Source: Octopus bimaculoides
Taxonomy: Eukaryota
Assembly: GCF_001194135.2 (NCBI RefSeq)
Contig: NC_068990.1
Coordinates: forward strand, 33,262,149 to 33,326,148
Length of the DNA stretch: 64,000 nt
Reading direction: 5' to 3'
In this document: piece by piece, positions 1-9,685 of the stretch
Position numbering within the stretch: position 1 is the stretch's first letter
Layout: every line of letters begins with the position of its first letter
The notes under the pieces: model-generated
Seen by the model: only the letters and a program-made list of their open reading frames with translations
Database searches by the model: none
Told to the model about the DNA's origin: nothing
Position numbers and translations under genes: made by a program

Positions 1-256
1 AAACAGATGTTTTGGATAAAAGATTCAAACTTACCGCCAGGCTGTTCCAAGAATTATGGCTAATTATAGCAGTTCTTGAGAACTGCTCTAGTTCCGGTCA
101 GAACCAGCTAACAAAGAGATAGAGAGGTGGGGGTCATGCTATTATCAGAAAGCATTACTTCCTATGATAAATTTGTGGAATCACTGACAGAGAGACAAAG
201 GGGTACAAAATATATATGTTATGGTCTTAGCATATCTTTTGACAGGTCACTAAGAG

Positions 257-305
<49 letters not shown>

Positions 306-696
306 GAATGAAGGAAAGACAAACTAACATAGATAGGGAGTTAGGAGTGTCTATATGCTGGATTCTCATTGCATACCCTTCTCAAAGCTTTTACTAGTCA
401 CTGAGAGACGGGAAGGGGAGATCGGTCCTAGCATATCTTTTGACAGGTCACTAAGAGAGAGAGAGAGAAAAGAGAAGGGAGGAAAGACAAACTAACATAG
501 ATAGGGAGTTAGGGAGTGTCTATATGCTGGATTCTCAAAGCTTTTACTAGTCACTGAGAGAGGGGAAGGGGAGACAGAATATTTCGAAAACTGGATGGAT
601 TATTTTTTGCAAGAAAGTAACTATTTTATCTAATTTTTCGATTATATAACAGAACATGCGGCGCATAGCTTGCATGGCTGAGACTGCACGCCACTG
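1..696 (-). mobile_element. Putative terminus of a hAT-like DNA transposon abutting a (TA)n tract
   Basis: Reverse complement of 684-696 is CAGTGGCGTGCAG, a hAT-like TIR start, directly next to (AT)n at 697-711. Subterminal tandem duplication at 223-575. The partner TIR is not in the window. Confidence 0.4.
223..575. repeat. Two-copy tandem duplication, period about 201 bp
   Basis: GGTC(T/C)TAGCATATCTTTTGACAGGTCACTAAGAGAG...AGGAAAGACAAACTAACATAGATAGGGAGTTAGG...TCACTGAGAGA starts at 223 and 424. Copy 2 lacks TTGCATACCCTTCTCA between TTCTCA microhomologies. Confidence 0.9.
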
Positions 697-857
697 ATAT
701 ATATATATATANNNNNNNNNNNNNNNNNNNNNNNNNNNNNNNNNNNNNNNNNNNNNNNNNNNNNNNNNNNNNNNNNNNNNNNNNNNNNNNNNNNNNNNNN
801 NNNNNNNNNNNNNNNNNNNNNNNNNNNNNNNNNNNNNNNNNNNNNNNNNNNNNNNNN

Positions 858-887
858 AACGGGAACGTGAAACTCAGAGTAACGGTT
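858..887 (+). ncRNA. 3' half of a minimal (PLE-type) hammerhead ribozyme motif
   Basis: A-ACG-GGAA-CGT (helix II, GNRA loop)-GAAA-CTCAGAG-TA (self-complementary helix III, GUA triplet)-ACGGTT (helix I 3' strand). The CUGAnGA half would fall in the N gap. Confidence 0.55.
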
Positions 888-990
888 TTTTTGTTATATT
901 TCTGCTGCTTTTAAATAAAGCATATTACTCTACCTCTGGTATTTGAGTACTCTTTTTTCCACCTTGTTGCACATTTCATGTGCTTACTCC
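858..990 (+). mobile_element. Penelope-like pseudo-LTR fragment ending in (TA)n
   Basis: Carries the 3' half of a minimal hammerhead motif and ends at ...TTACTCCGG fused to (TA)n. The 5' part is hidden in the 712-857 gap. Confidence 0.55.
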
Positions 991-1174
991 GGTATATATA
1001 TATATATATACGATGGGCTTCTTTCAGTTTCCATCTACCAAATCCACTCACAAGGCTTTGGTCGGCCCGAGGCTATAGTAGAAGACATTTGCCCAAGATG
1101 CCATGCAGTGGGACTGAACCCGAAACCATGTGGTTGGTAAGCAAGCTACTTACCACACAGCCACTCCTGCGCCT
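991..1174 (-). mobile_element. tRNA-derived SINE family A (5' half) with internal (TA)n
   Basis: Reverse complement reads AGGCGCAGGAGTGGCTGTGTGGTAAG...GGTTCAGTCCC (A/B-box-like) then TCTTGGGCAAATG (CORE-like), matching other A copies. Confidence 0.85.
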
Positions 1175-1199
1175 GTGTGTGAGAAATTTATTATTTTTG

Positions 1200-1740
1200 T
1201 TAGCCCCATGTGAAGTTGGTCAAGATCCATGATCCGAGATATCCCAGCTGTGACCAATTTATTTTTTATCCAGATATAGTGTACCTTGAACTACATTATC
1301 TAGTGTTCAGTATAGAAGTTAGTAGTTACATATGGATGCAACTCCAAATATTTAATTAGCTTTAACTTGGTAAAGATGGGAGACAACTCCTACATGCATT
1401 GTTCATTTGGAAAGCTTCTGAGCAGTTTCACCTGAACTTACTGAAACATTAGTAATTAAATCAGAATCATTAGATATACCTTCACCTACTTAAATGTTAA
1501 TTATCATGTGAATGGCATCTCAGAATAATTTAATTCTTTGTTAATTCCCTCACACTATACCAACAAATATACATTTCTCTACATTCTCCTTAGCAATTCA
1601 ATCACCTTTATTATTTCTATTTTACCATATATCTGATCTTATGCTGGCATTTTTTATTGCTCTCATCATTAAATATACACTCACCTACTTAACTGTTAAT
1701 TACCAAGTGGATGGTGTCACAGAATAATTTAATTTCTGGA
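1200..1740 (-). mobile_element. Decayed LINE-like 3' remnant with an internal ~60-bp duplication
   Basis: Minus-strand end resembles the family D tail. TCACCTACTTAA...CAGAATAATTTAATT occurs at about 1482-1535 and 1681-1735. Confidence 0.35.
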
Positions 1741-2099
1741 TTCAACTGACTTTAACGTAACCAACATATTTTGTTATGCAAAACATTACACACCATTTCA
1801 GTCAGGATGTGCAGTGAGATTCTCAAATGAACAGCAGCCTGTAGTATTGCGTGGAAAGATACCCATACGTATCTACATATAAGCATCTAAACCTGTATCT
1901 ATGTACATTTGTGTTTGTGTCTATGCATTTGAAGACTTTTTGTTGTTTTTATACTAATCTATTCAATGCTATGTTGCTTAATCAGCTATACTGCTTGTTT
2001 TTAAGCTACAAACTTTATGAAACTCTAATTAATGCATGGCCTATATCACAAACTGTTTTATAAATAATTAGCTTTTTTTTTTCTGAAGTTATCTTCCAA

Positions 2100-2325
2100 A
2101 CATTAGAACCAATGTGGATCCGCACTAATGTTGGTTAACCTGTTAGAAATAGCAGTACAAATTTCCCTCAAAATGCACAACAGTTTTGAGAAAGAGAGAA
2201 GAACCCATTGGATAAAATGGTTCTAGATCCTGCTAAAACAACCAGTATTTTCATGGTTTGAATGTCTTTAATCATAGGTCTGCTTGATCAGATCAGGGAT
2301 GACCTTGAGTTAAACAATAATGTCT
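2100..2325 (+). mobile_element. Repeat family D (probable LINE/SINE 3' tail)
   Basis: TTAGAAATAGCAG...CCCTCAAA...ATTGGATAA...TGATCAG...GACCT...TAAACAA motif order recurs at about 18570-18725 and 55560-55730. Confidence 0.55.
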
Positions 2326-2489
2326 AGTAAATAAATATGAGCCAATGAATAAGTCTCTGCATGGTCGATCATCCAGCTAGAAATAGCAGCCAAATCTCCC
2401 ACAAATCAAATTCTGCCATCTTAAAGAATATAAACGGACCCATTAGTTAATGTAGTCAAAATACACATAAAAAAGCAACAAAAAGACAG

Positions 2490-2892
2490 GATGTTGTGGA
2501 AAGAGGGAGATCCAGGAAGACATGGGACGAAGTAATGATGGCCAATCTCAAAATGCTGAACCTTAGAATGGTGATGACAGAGGACCGAGAAATATGGTGA
2601 ATTGCTGCACTCAAGAAGACCTGCCCACCACAACAGAACTGAGATCCTAAAACCAAGATGCCACATAAAAAACATTGGTGTGGTTGCTGATGCCATATAA
2701 AAAGCATTGATGTGGGTGCCACGTAAAAAAGCACTCTGTAAAAGTGGTTGGTGTTAGGAAGGGGATCCATTCATAGAAACTAAGCCAAAAGAGACTATGG
2801 AACCTGATATGGCCCCTGTCCTTGCCAGTTCCTGTCAAACTGTTCAACCCATGCCAGTATGGAAAACAGATGTTAAATGCTGATGATGATGA
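2490..2892 (+). mobile_element. RTE-clade LINE 3' end (ORF C-terminus, 3'UTR, (GAT)n tail)
   Basis: Translates VERGRSRKTWDEVMMANLKMLNL...REIW* (RTE GRPRKTW motif). Ends CAACCCATGCCAGTATGGAAAACAGATGTTAAATG(CTG)ATGATGAT. Confidence 0.8.
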
Positions 2893-3149
2893 TTAATTAT
2901 GTTCATGGCTGGAATGCTGCTAGATCAAAGTTGACCTGGGGCTATATAACAACAACATTGAAGACCAATAAATACAAACAATGTTATTTAATCAGATAGC
3001 AACAAAATTCTAAATTAATTTGTAAATTAATTAAGACATACAGACACATTATAGTTGTTATCAGCGTCAAAGAAGAACTGACCATGAACAGAAAATAATT
3101 AAAAGTATAATATATTCTGAGAAATATAAAACATCACAACATATGTTCA

Positions 3150-3335
3150 AGCATATCTGGTAAAAAGTTTGCTTCCCAACCACATGGTTTTAGGTTCAGT
3201 CCCACTGTTTAGCTCCTTGGGTAAGTGTCTTCTACTATAGCCGTGGGCTAACCAAAGCCACATGAATGGATTTGGTAGATGGAGATTGAAAGGAAATTGT
3301 TGGGTATACACACACACACACACACACATATATAT
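3150..3335 (+). mobile_element. SINE family A (5' half) ending in (CA)/(TA) tract
   Basis: CCAACCACATGGTTTTAGGTTCAGTCCCACTG...CCTTGGGTAAGTGTCTTCTACTATAGCC...GGATTTGGTAGATGG. Confidence 0.8.
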
Positions 3336-3336
3336 T

Positions 3337-3500
3337 AGTACTGCAAAATCATACAGGCCTGGAACGAATAAATGTGACCTTTGTTTAGAAGAATTTTACC
3401 AAATTTTTGCATCTAAGGGTAATATAATAAATTCTAGACAGCAAAAGCCTTAAGATGCTGGCATATGAGAAAATTCTCTTTTGCTCAGTATAAATGAGAA
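3337..3500 (+). pseudogene. Penelope-like GIY-YIG endonuclease C-terminal remnant
   Basis: Translates STAKSYRPGTNKCDLCLEEFYQIFASKGNIINSRQQKP*(frameshift)CWHMRKFSF. The CxLCLxE...NxR...CxH pattern is typical of PLE endonuclease C-termini. Confidence 0.65.
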
Positions 3501-3849
3501 ATAAACATTTAAACAACAGAATATTTTGAAATAACGGGCTATAAGTGATTATCCAATCAAAACTTTATTTGAAGGTTGTTCGTGTCTAAATTAATGAACA
3601 ACTTCACATCACACAATGCAAAGTAGATAAATGAAAAACTTGAAACAGTTAAATCAAGGGATATTAAAGTGAAGACCCTGAAGAAGCTGCACTGGTATTA
3701 TAGTAAGGTTGCAATTACAATGGTTACTAATTGATGCTGTAGAAACATGTGTAGGTCTATGTAAAGCTGTATATATTAAATGGAATTAATGGTAATGCTA
3801 TGCCACTTCATAATAACCCTTATTATTATTATTATTATTATTATTATTG

Positions 3850-4403
3850 AGTGAGAGAGCAGCACATGCCATCAAAGTGACACTAGGTTAAAATATATGT
3901 AGCCCATTATACCCATCATTACTACCCGTCTGATAAGAGTACACCAGACACATGCATCACAACCGTATGTGTGCAATATAATGATCTCATATCAAGATAA
4001 ACAGCGCATGACCTTGCTGGTGGGTCTCTGTTAGAATTTTCTTCAGGTCGAGTAGCCCATCCCACTCAAAAGGTCTCTGAATAAGGGTTGTTTAAAGATA
4101 TTGAACAAAACATCCATGTTTCTAAAGGTGAATTATCCAAACCCCAATGAATTCTTCTCAACACATGGCTATGATGCTTTCCCACTACTTCTGCTCATGA
4201 TCAAAGATGCACATATCCTCAGCCACCAAGGGACATGCTCAACTGGTTAAGGTCAAACAACTGACAAGTAAATCTGTAGTATTGAGCAGAATATTTGCAG
4301 TAGCCCATCTTTTATACCAAGACAAAACAATGTACATGATAACACTTCCAATCAGTTAAGATTAGAAGCCATGAGAGCCACTGCCTGGTACTGCATCAGG
4401 CCA
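3850..4403. mobile_element. Unclassified ~550-bp probable interspersed element bounded by (ATT)n on both sides
   Basis: Higher-complexity, more GC-rich block between (ATT)n at about 3822-3849 and 4404-4445. No ORF, no TIR. Confidence 0.4.
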
Positions 4404-4445
4404 TAATTATTATTATTATTATTATTATCATTATTATTATTATTA

Positions 4446-4640
4446 AGGCGGTGAGCTGGCAGAATTGTTAGCATGTTGAGCAAAATACTTAGTGGTATTT
4501 CGTCCATTGCTACATTCTGAGTTCAAATTCCACTGAGGTCATCTTTGCCTTTCATCTTTTCAGGGTCAATAAATTAAGTACTACTGGGGTCGATATGATC
4601 AATTATCCACCTTTCCACAAAACTGAAGACCTTGTGCCTA
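4446..4640 (+). mobile_element. SINE family C (Deu/Nin-like central domain), (ATT)n-flanked
   Basis: GGCGGTGAGCTGGCAGAA...GAGTTCAAATTCC...CTTTGCCTTTCATCTTTTCAGGGTCAATAAATTAAGTAC...CCTTGTGCC...GGATTATTATT. Confidence 0.85.
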
Positions 4641-4659
4641 TAATAAAAAGGATTATTAT

Positions 4660-4956
4660 TATTGTGTATCTTACTCGCCAGAAATAATAATTATTATTAT
4701 TATTAAATTCAAATTACGACAAACGTAAATAAACAAATGAAGTTTGCTTTTAGAAGCGTTGAGATGTCTTTTTAGAAAGTTAAAGAAGTGATGTTGAATT
4801 CTCAATCGCAGAATAATGCTAATAATATAGCCTGAACAGGATAAAGTATCCCTATTTTGCAGAGAAAAGTGTAGGTGACTAGCTGTGGACTCGAGCTCAC
4901 ATCCCCGTCATTACATGTGACGATGCTTTGACCGATTAAGCTAAACTACCCACTAC
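4660..4956 (-). mobile_element. SINE-like element with tRNA-Thr(UGU)-like head
   Basis: Reverse complement from 4950: GGTAGTT-TA-GCTT..AAGC (D arm)-CGTCA-CATGTAA-TGACG (anticodon arm, TGT)-GTGAGCTCGAGTCCAC (T arm-like). Ends in (AAT)n. Confidence 0.6.
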
Positions 4957-5105
4957 AAATTCCTCTGCAAATTAAGATATATAAAGCGATATGACGGGGA
5001 TGTGAGTTCGAGTCCACAGCTAGTCACCCACACTTTTCTCTGCAAAATAGGGATAGTTTATCCTGTTCAGGCTATATTATTAGCATTATTCTGTGATTGA
5101 GAATT
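4797..5105. repeat. 115-bp inverted repeat, 79-bp spacer
   Basis: Arms 4797-4911 and 4991-5105 are reverse complements with 4 mismatches counted by eye. Confidence 0.95.
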
Positions 5106-5124
5106 TAAAAGCAATTATTATTAT

Positions 5125-5126
<2 letters not shown>

Positions 5127-5214
<88 letters not shown>
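5127..5214. repeat. (AT)n microsatellite
   Basis: Pure AT dinucleotide run. Confidence 0.98.
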
Positions 5215-5217
<3 letters not shown>

Positions 5218-5662
5218 TATATATACATATATATGCATGTGTGTTTGTGTATATGTGTATGTCATTGTGTTTGACCCAAATACCACTTGAAAACTGGTGT
5301 TGGTTTATTTACATTTCCATTATTTAGTGGTTCAGCAAAAAGAGAGTGATAGAATAAGTACGAAGTGCTTAATAGTATGTACTAGTATAGACATGTTTGA
5401 CTAAACCCCTCAAGGCAGAGCCCAGAAGGACCACAGTCCAATGTGTGAAACAAGTTACAAAACAAGTGAATATAAGTTAAAATGAGATGACATATTGTGT
5501 AAATATTTGCTAAGGAAAATGTAGTATTAGTCCAGTTATTGCTGTGACAACTTCTAATAGTAGTAACACAATGTAATATATGATAAGAAAATACATGCAT
5601 ACACACAGACATACATATAATTATAATTATACGTAAATGCATACAAAACATATATATATATA

Positions 5663-5704
<42 letters not shown>

Positions 5705-5724
5705 CATACATAATACATACATAC

Positions 5725-5774
<50 letters not shown>

Positions 5775-6450
5775 ATGTACACATACACACAAAAGAATGA
5801 AAGCAAAATGGTGCTAGAAATATTTGAATCCTTAAAACAGTGTATGTCTGCTTTAAGTAAGACTTATTGTATTAAGAGAAAAGAAATAACATTATAACAA
5901 ACCTGAAGACAATAATCAAAAATGATGGAAAAAGCAGTGTGTGTGTGTGTGTGTGTGTAAGATGTACCCATTACAGGAGAGCCTGAAGTATGTTACAAAT
6001 CTGGTTTTGAAAGTAAATAATATAATGTTTTTTGGTGATTATAAGGAAATGTAATATTGGAAAATAATTCCCTACAGCACTGTTGCATACATAATATCTG
6101 TTGTATATGTGATATATGTTGTTTGTATATATAAAAAAATATGGGAAATATGCTTTACACACACACAAGTGTATGTGTGTGTATGTGTATGTGTGTTGTG
6201 TGTGTGTGTAATAAATGTTGTTTTGTCATTAGTGTTGTCATCATGATTGTTCTAATGGCTACTTTTTCATACTTGCACAAGCCGGATAAGACATGTTGAA
6301 ACAGACTTTCTACAGCTGGATGCACTTCCTGTCACCAACCCTTACTGTTATTTTCCCTATAGTATCCCAAATTCCCTAGATATCTAGTTTTCCTCCATTG
6401 ATAATTTAAAATGATTGTGCACATAGTGGTGTTTGCAACTTTATCTGTTA

Positions 6451-6998
6451 TCTTTTACTTGTTTCAGTCATTGAACTGCAGCCATGCTGGAGCACTGCTT
6501 TGAAGTGTTTTAATAGAACAAATCACACCTGGAACTTGTTTTGTTAAACCTTGGCATTTATTCCCTTTTGCAGAACTGCTAAATTATGGGGAAATAAACA
6601 AAGCAACACCAGTTGTCAAGCAGAAGTGGGGATAAACATAAAGGCAAAGACAAATTTACATAGATACAAATACACACACATACACATATATAAATATATT
6701 ACGCACACATACACACACACACACATAAACATAAACACAAAGGCAAAGACAAATTTACATAGATACAAATACACACACATACACACACATACACAAATAT
6801 GAATATATTACGCACACACACACACATACACACATACACACATATAATAAATAGCCTTCTTTCAGTTTTCATCTATCAAGTTCACCCACAAAGCTTCATT
6901 TGGCCTGAGGATATAGACACTTGCTCAATGCTCTACACATTGAGACTGAATCTGAAACCATGTGGTTGGGAAGTAAACTACTTACTACATGGTCACAC
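6451..6998 (-). mobile_element. SINE family A, near full length, with duplicated internal CA/TA segment
   Basis: 3' tail TTTTACTTGTTTCAGTCATT at 6453 and head near 6960-6998. AAAGGCAAAGACAAATTTACATAGATACAAATAC repeated at about 6640 and 6739. Confidence 0.8.
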
Positions 6999-7256
6999 CA
7001 ATCTCTATCATTAACTATTGGAATGCAAACATTGAAAATGCCACTAAGTCTAGAGAAACTGAAAGTTTGACACTATGATTGTTTAACTGAACAGTTTAAG
7101 CTGATAAATGTTAATATTGTGGTGAATAAAAGATGCAGACACTCAACTCTGCCTCATTCAGGAAACAATTGATTGCTATTAAAACCATATGAGATCTTTA
7201 AACGTTATACATTATAATTGTATACATTATAGAAGTTTGTAGAAATTGTAAAAACA

Positions 7257-7450
7257 TATGAAGGGGTACTGAAAAATTTCTGACTTTAAAGGTATCGTGA
7301 AAGACCTGGTTGGAAGCCTAACCCTCTGAGTTATTTTACAGAGCTTAGAATAACCGAGGGACCACTGCAATAAGTGTGTGAATCATAATTAACTGATCCT
7401 CCTATATTTTCTTTTTCCGAAAGCCAGGGACTTTCCAGCATCTTATTGTA
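7257..7450. mobile_element. Tc1/mariner-type MITE (copy 1, decayed)
   Basis: TA-bounded ~30-bp TIRs, TATGAAGGGGTACTGAAAAATTTCTGACTTT / AAAGCCAGGGACTTTCCAGCATCTTATTGTA. Internal sequence is the reverse complement of the copy at 9468-9685. Confidence 0.7.
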
Positions 7451-7460
7451 AGGGTAGGTA

Positions 7461-7847
7461 TTGTTGTTGTTGGCACTTCGTCGCTTACGACGTCGAAGGT
7501 TCCACTTGATCTGATCAATGGAACAGCCTGCTCGTGAAATTAACGTGCAAGTGGCTGAGAACTCTACAGACATGTGTACCCTTAATGTAGTTCTCGGGGA
7601 TATTCAGCATGACACAGTGTGACAAGGCTGGCCATTTGAATTACAGGCACAACAGAAACAAGAAGTAAGAGTGAGAGAAAGTTGTGGTGAAAGAGTGCAG
7701 CAGGGTTTACCACCATCCCCTGCTGGAGCCTCGTGGAGCTTTGGGTGTTTTCGCTCAATAAACACTCACAACGCCCGGTCTGGGAATCGAAACCGCGATC
7801 CTATGACCGCGAGTCCACTGCCCTAACCACTGGGCCATTGCACCTCC
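7461..7847 (-). mobile_element. tRNA-derived SINE family B, full length
   Basis: Reverse complement: GGAGGTGCAATGGCCCAGTGGTTAGGGCAG...GGTTTCGATTCCCAGACC...GCACGTTAATTTCACGAGCAGGCTGTTCC...(CAA)n. Matches 38716-39097. Confidence 0.9.
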
Positions 7848-8575
7848 ACAAAGGTAGGCGTTAATACTATGCTATGGTGAAATGGAATATCACTAAAATA
7901 ACATACAATATCACACAAAACTTGAGTTAATATACAAATCAGGCATTTCGGTACAACACAATGAAGTGAGTTTAAGGATCAGACCCATGGATCCCGTGAG
8001 AGATGTTTCAGAAGTGATAGTTATTTGCTTTGTACCACTGGGGGTTATGGTAGCAGCAAAAATATTATGTATGTCCATCAGTGAAGCAATGAAAGAATCA
8101 TAAAATGTTGAGCTGCAATTCTTATCGTTAACATATAAAACTAAACCAGATTCTAAAACACAGAAAATAAAATGGCTATCTCACTATGAACCACTTTGAA
8201 CAGAAAATCTATACTTTTTTATGGTTTGTAATAATTGTCAGTTAGGCTGTCGAAACTGTTGAACATATCAACTTGTCCAATGTTAGCTACCATACATTGC
8301 AATGAAGCAATAGCAATGCATACACACATTTATGTATGCATACATTCATAAATGCATACATACATAAGTAGATGAATACATACACATATATGTAAATGCA
8401 TGCATGAATACATACTAACATATATAAATTACATGCATACATGAATACATACATGTGTGGATGTGAATATTTCATTTATATTTGTTGGAGGAAAAAAAAG
8501 AACGTATGAAGAAGTATGGAACATACAACCCTTGTTGTCCAGACTTTGAACTTTCATTTGTTCCTTTCATTACAG

Positions 8576-8686
8576 ATTCACTGGACTATAAAAGATGAAA
8601 GTTGCATAAAATCTGGAAATACAGGAGTTTTCCAAGAAAGAAGAAAGTATACTGATTCCCGTCCTCCAAATCCAAATGATTTGTGA
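8576..8686 (+). CDS. Weak candidate terminal exon
   Basis: Good acceptor CTTTCATTTGTTCCTTTCATTACAG|. Phase 0 gives IHWTIKDESCIKSGNTGVFQERRKYTDSRPPNPNDL*; phase 1 gives DSLDYKR*. No recognised homology. Confidence 0.2.
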   Translation: MHWTIKDESCIKSGNTGVFQERRKYTDSRPPNPNDL

Positions 8687-8792
8687 AAATTTATAAAATA
8701 TTCCCAAGATTCCCCATTAAGTTTCCTGGAATAAGTATGCACATATAATCATATGGACATGCAGTATACACTCGCATGAACGCACGTGCGTG

Positions 8793-8834
<42 letters not shown>

Positions 8835-8835
<1 letters not shown>

Positions 8836-9060
8836 GCGGTGAGCTGGCAGAAACATTAGCATGCAGGGCGAAATGCTTAGCAGTATTTCGTCTGCCACTA
8901 CGTTCTGAGTTCAAATTCTGCCGAGGTCGACTTTGCCTTTCATCCTTTCGGGGTCGATTAAATAAGTACCAGTTACGCACTTGGGTCGATATAATTGACT
9001 TAATCCGTTTGTCTGTCCTTGTTTATCCCCTCTGTGTGTAGCCCCTTGTGGGTAGTAAAG

Positions 9061-9065
<5 letters not shown>
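8835..9065 (+). mobile_element. SINE family C, full length
   Basis: GCGGTGAGCTGGCAGAAAC...GTCGACTTTGCCTTTCATCCTTTCGGGGTCGATTAAATAAGTACCAG...GGGTAGTAAAGAAATA, between (CA)n tracts. Confidence 0.9.
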
Positions 9066-9103
<38 letters not shown>

Positions 9104-9467
9104 ATCATACACATTGGCATACTAAAGAAACAAGAAATATGTACCCCCTTTACTTATTTGGTCCTCACATTCACTCACACACATATATCAAATCACTCCC
9201 ATATTCATAAATTTCTGGAACAGCATAGGTTTCAGGAGAAAAATGTTCTTCCTTTTTTTTCAGTGAATGGTCAGAATTTTGCAAAGAAGACTTTGAATAA
9301 ATATTAAATAAAAACATACATACTTAACTATATACATATCCTTGTGTACAAAAACATAAAAGATACATATGTAATGACATTCATATCTGGACCCCTGTAT
9401 ATGAGGGCACATAAATATGTATAAATACACACCCACACAAACATATACATATGTACAAGCATACACA

Positions 9468-9685
9468 CATGAGGGGGTGCTGAAAAGTTCCTGGTTTTGG
9501 GTAAGAGAAAATACAGGAGGATCAGTGAATTATGATTATATTCAACATATTCTCCGCTCAGATTCACACACTTATTGCAGCAGTCCTTCAGTTTTTCTAA
9601 GCTTTGTAAAAGAACTCAGGTTTGGCCTCCAACCAGGCCTTTTGTGATATCCTTAAAGCTAGGAACTTTTCAGAACCCCCTTGTA
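9468..9685. mobile_element. Tc1/mariner-type MITE (copy 2)
   Basis: TIRs GAGGGGGTGCTGAAAAGTTCCTGGTTT / AAAGCTAGGAACTTTTCAGAACCCCCT, ending in TGTA. Confidence 0.8.

Noticed and set aside
1733-1882. 49-codon open frame (…SGCAVRFSNEQQPVVLRGKIP…)
   Set aside because: It looks protein-like, but has no good donor and sits at the edge of a decayed antisense LINE. Compatible with chance.
4200-4270. Possible HDV-like ribozyme (minus strand CAT-GTCCCTTG-GTG-GCTGAGG)
   Set aside because: The L3 register is wrong and no G-initiated P1 or P2 partner could be built.
7780-7847. tRNA-like cloverleafs at SINE heads (here and at 26000-26067, 38716-38790, 10330-10395)
   Set aside because: They continue directly into SINE bodies and have broken stems, so they are not functional tRNA genes.
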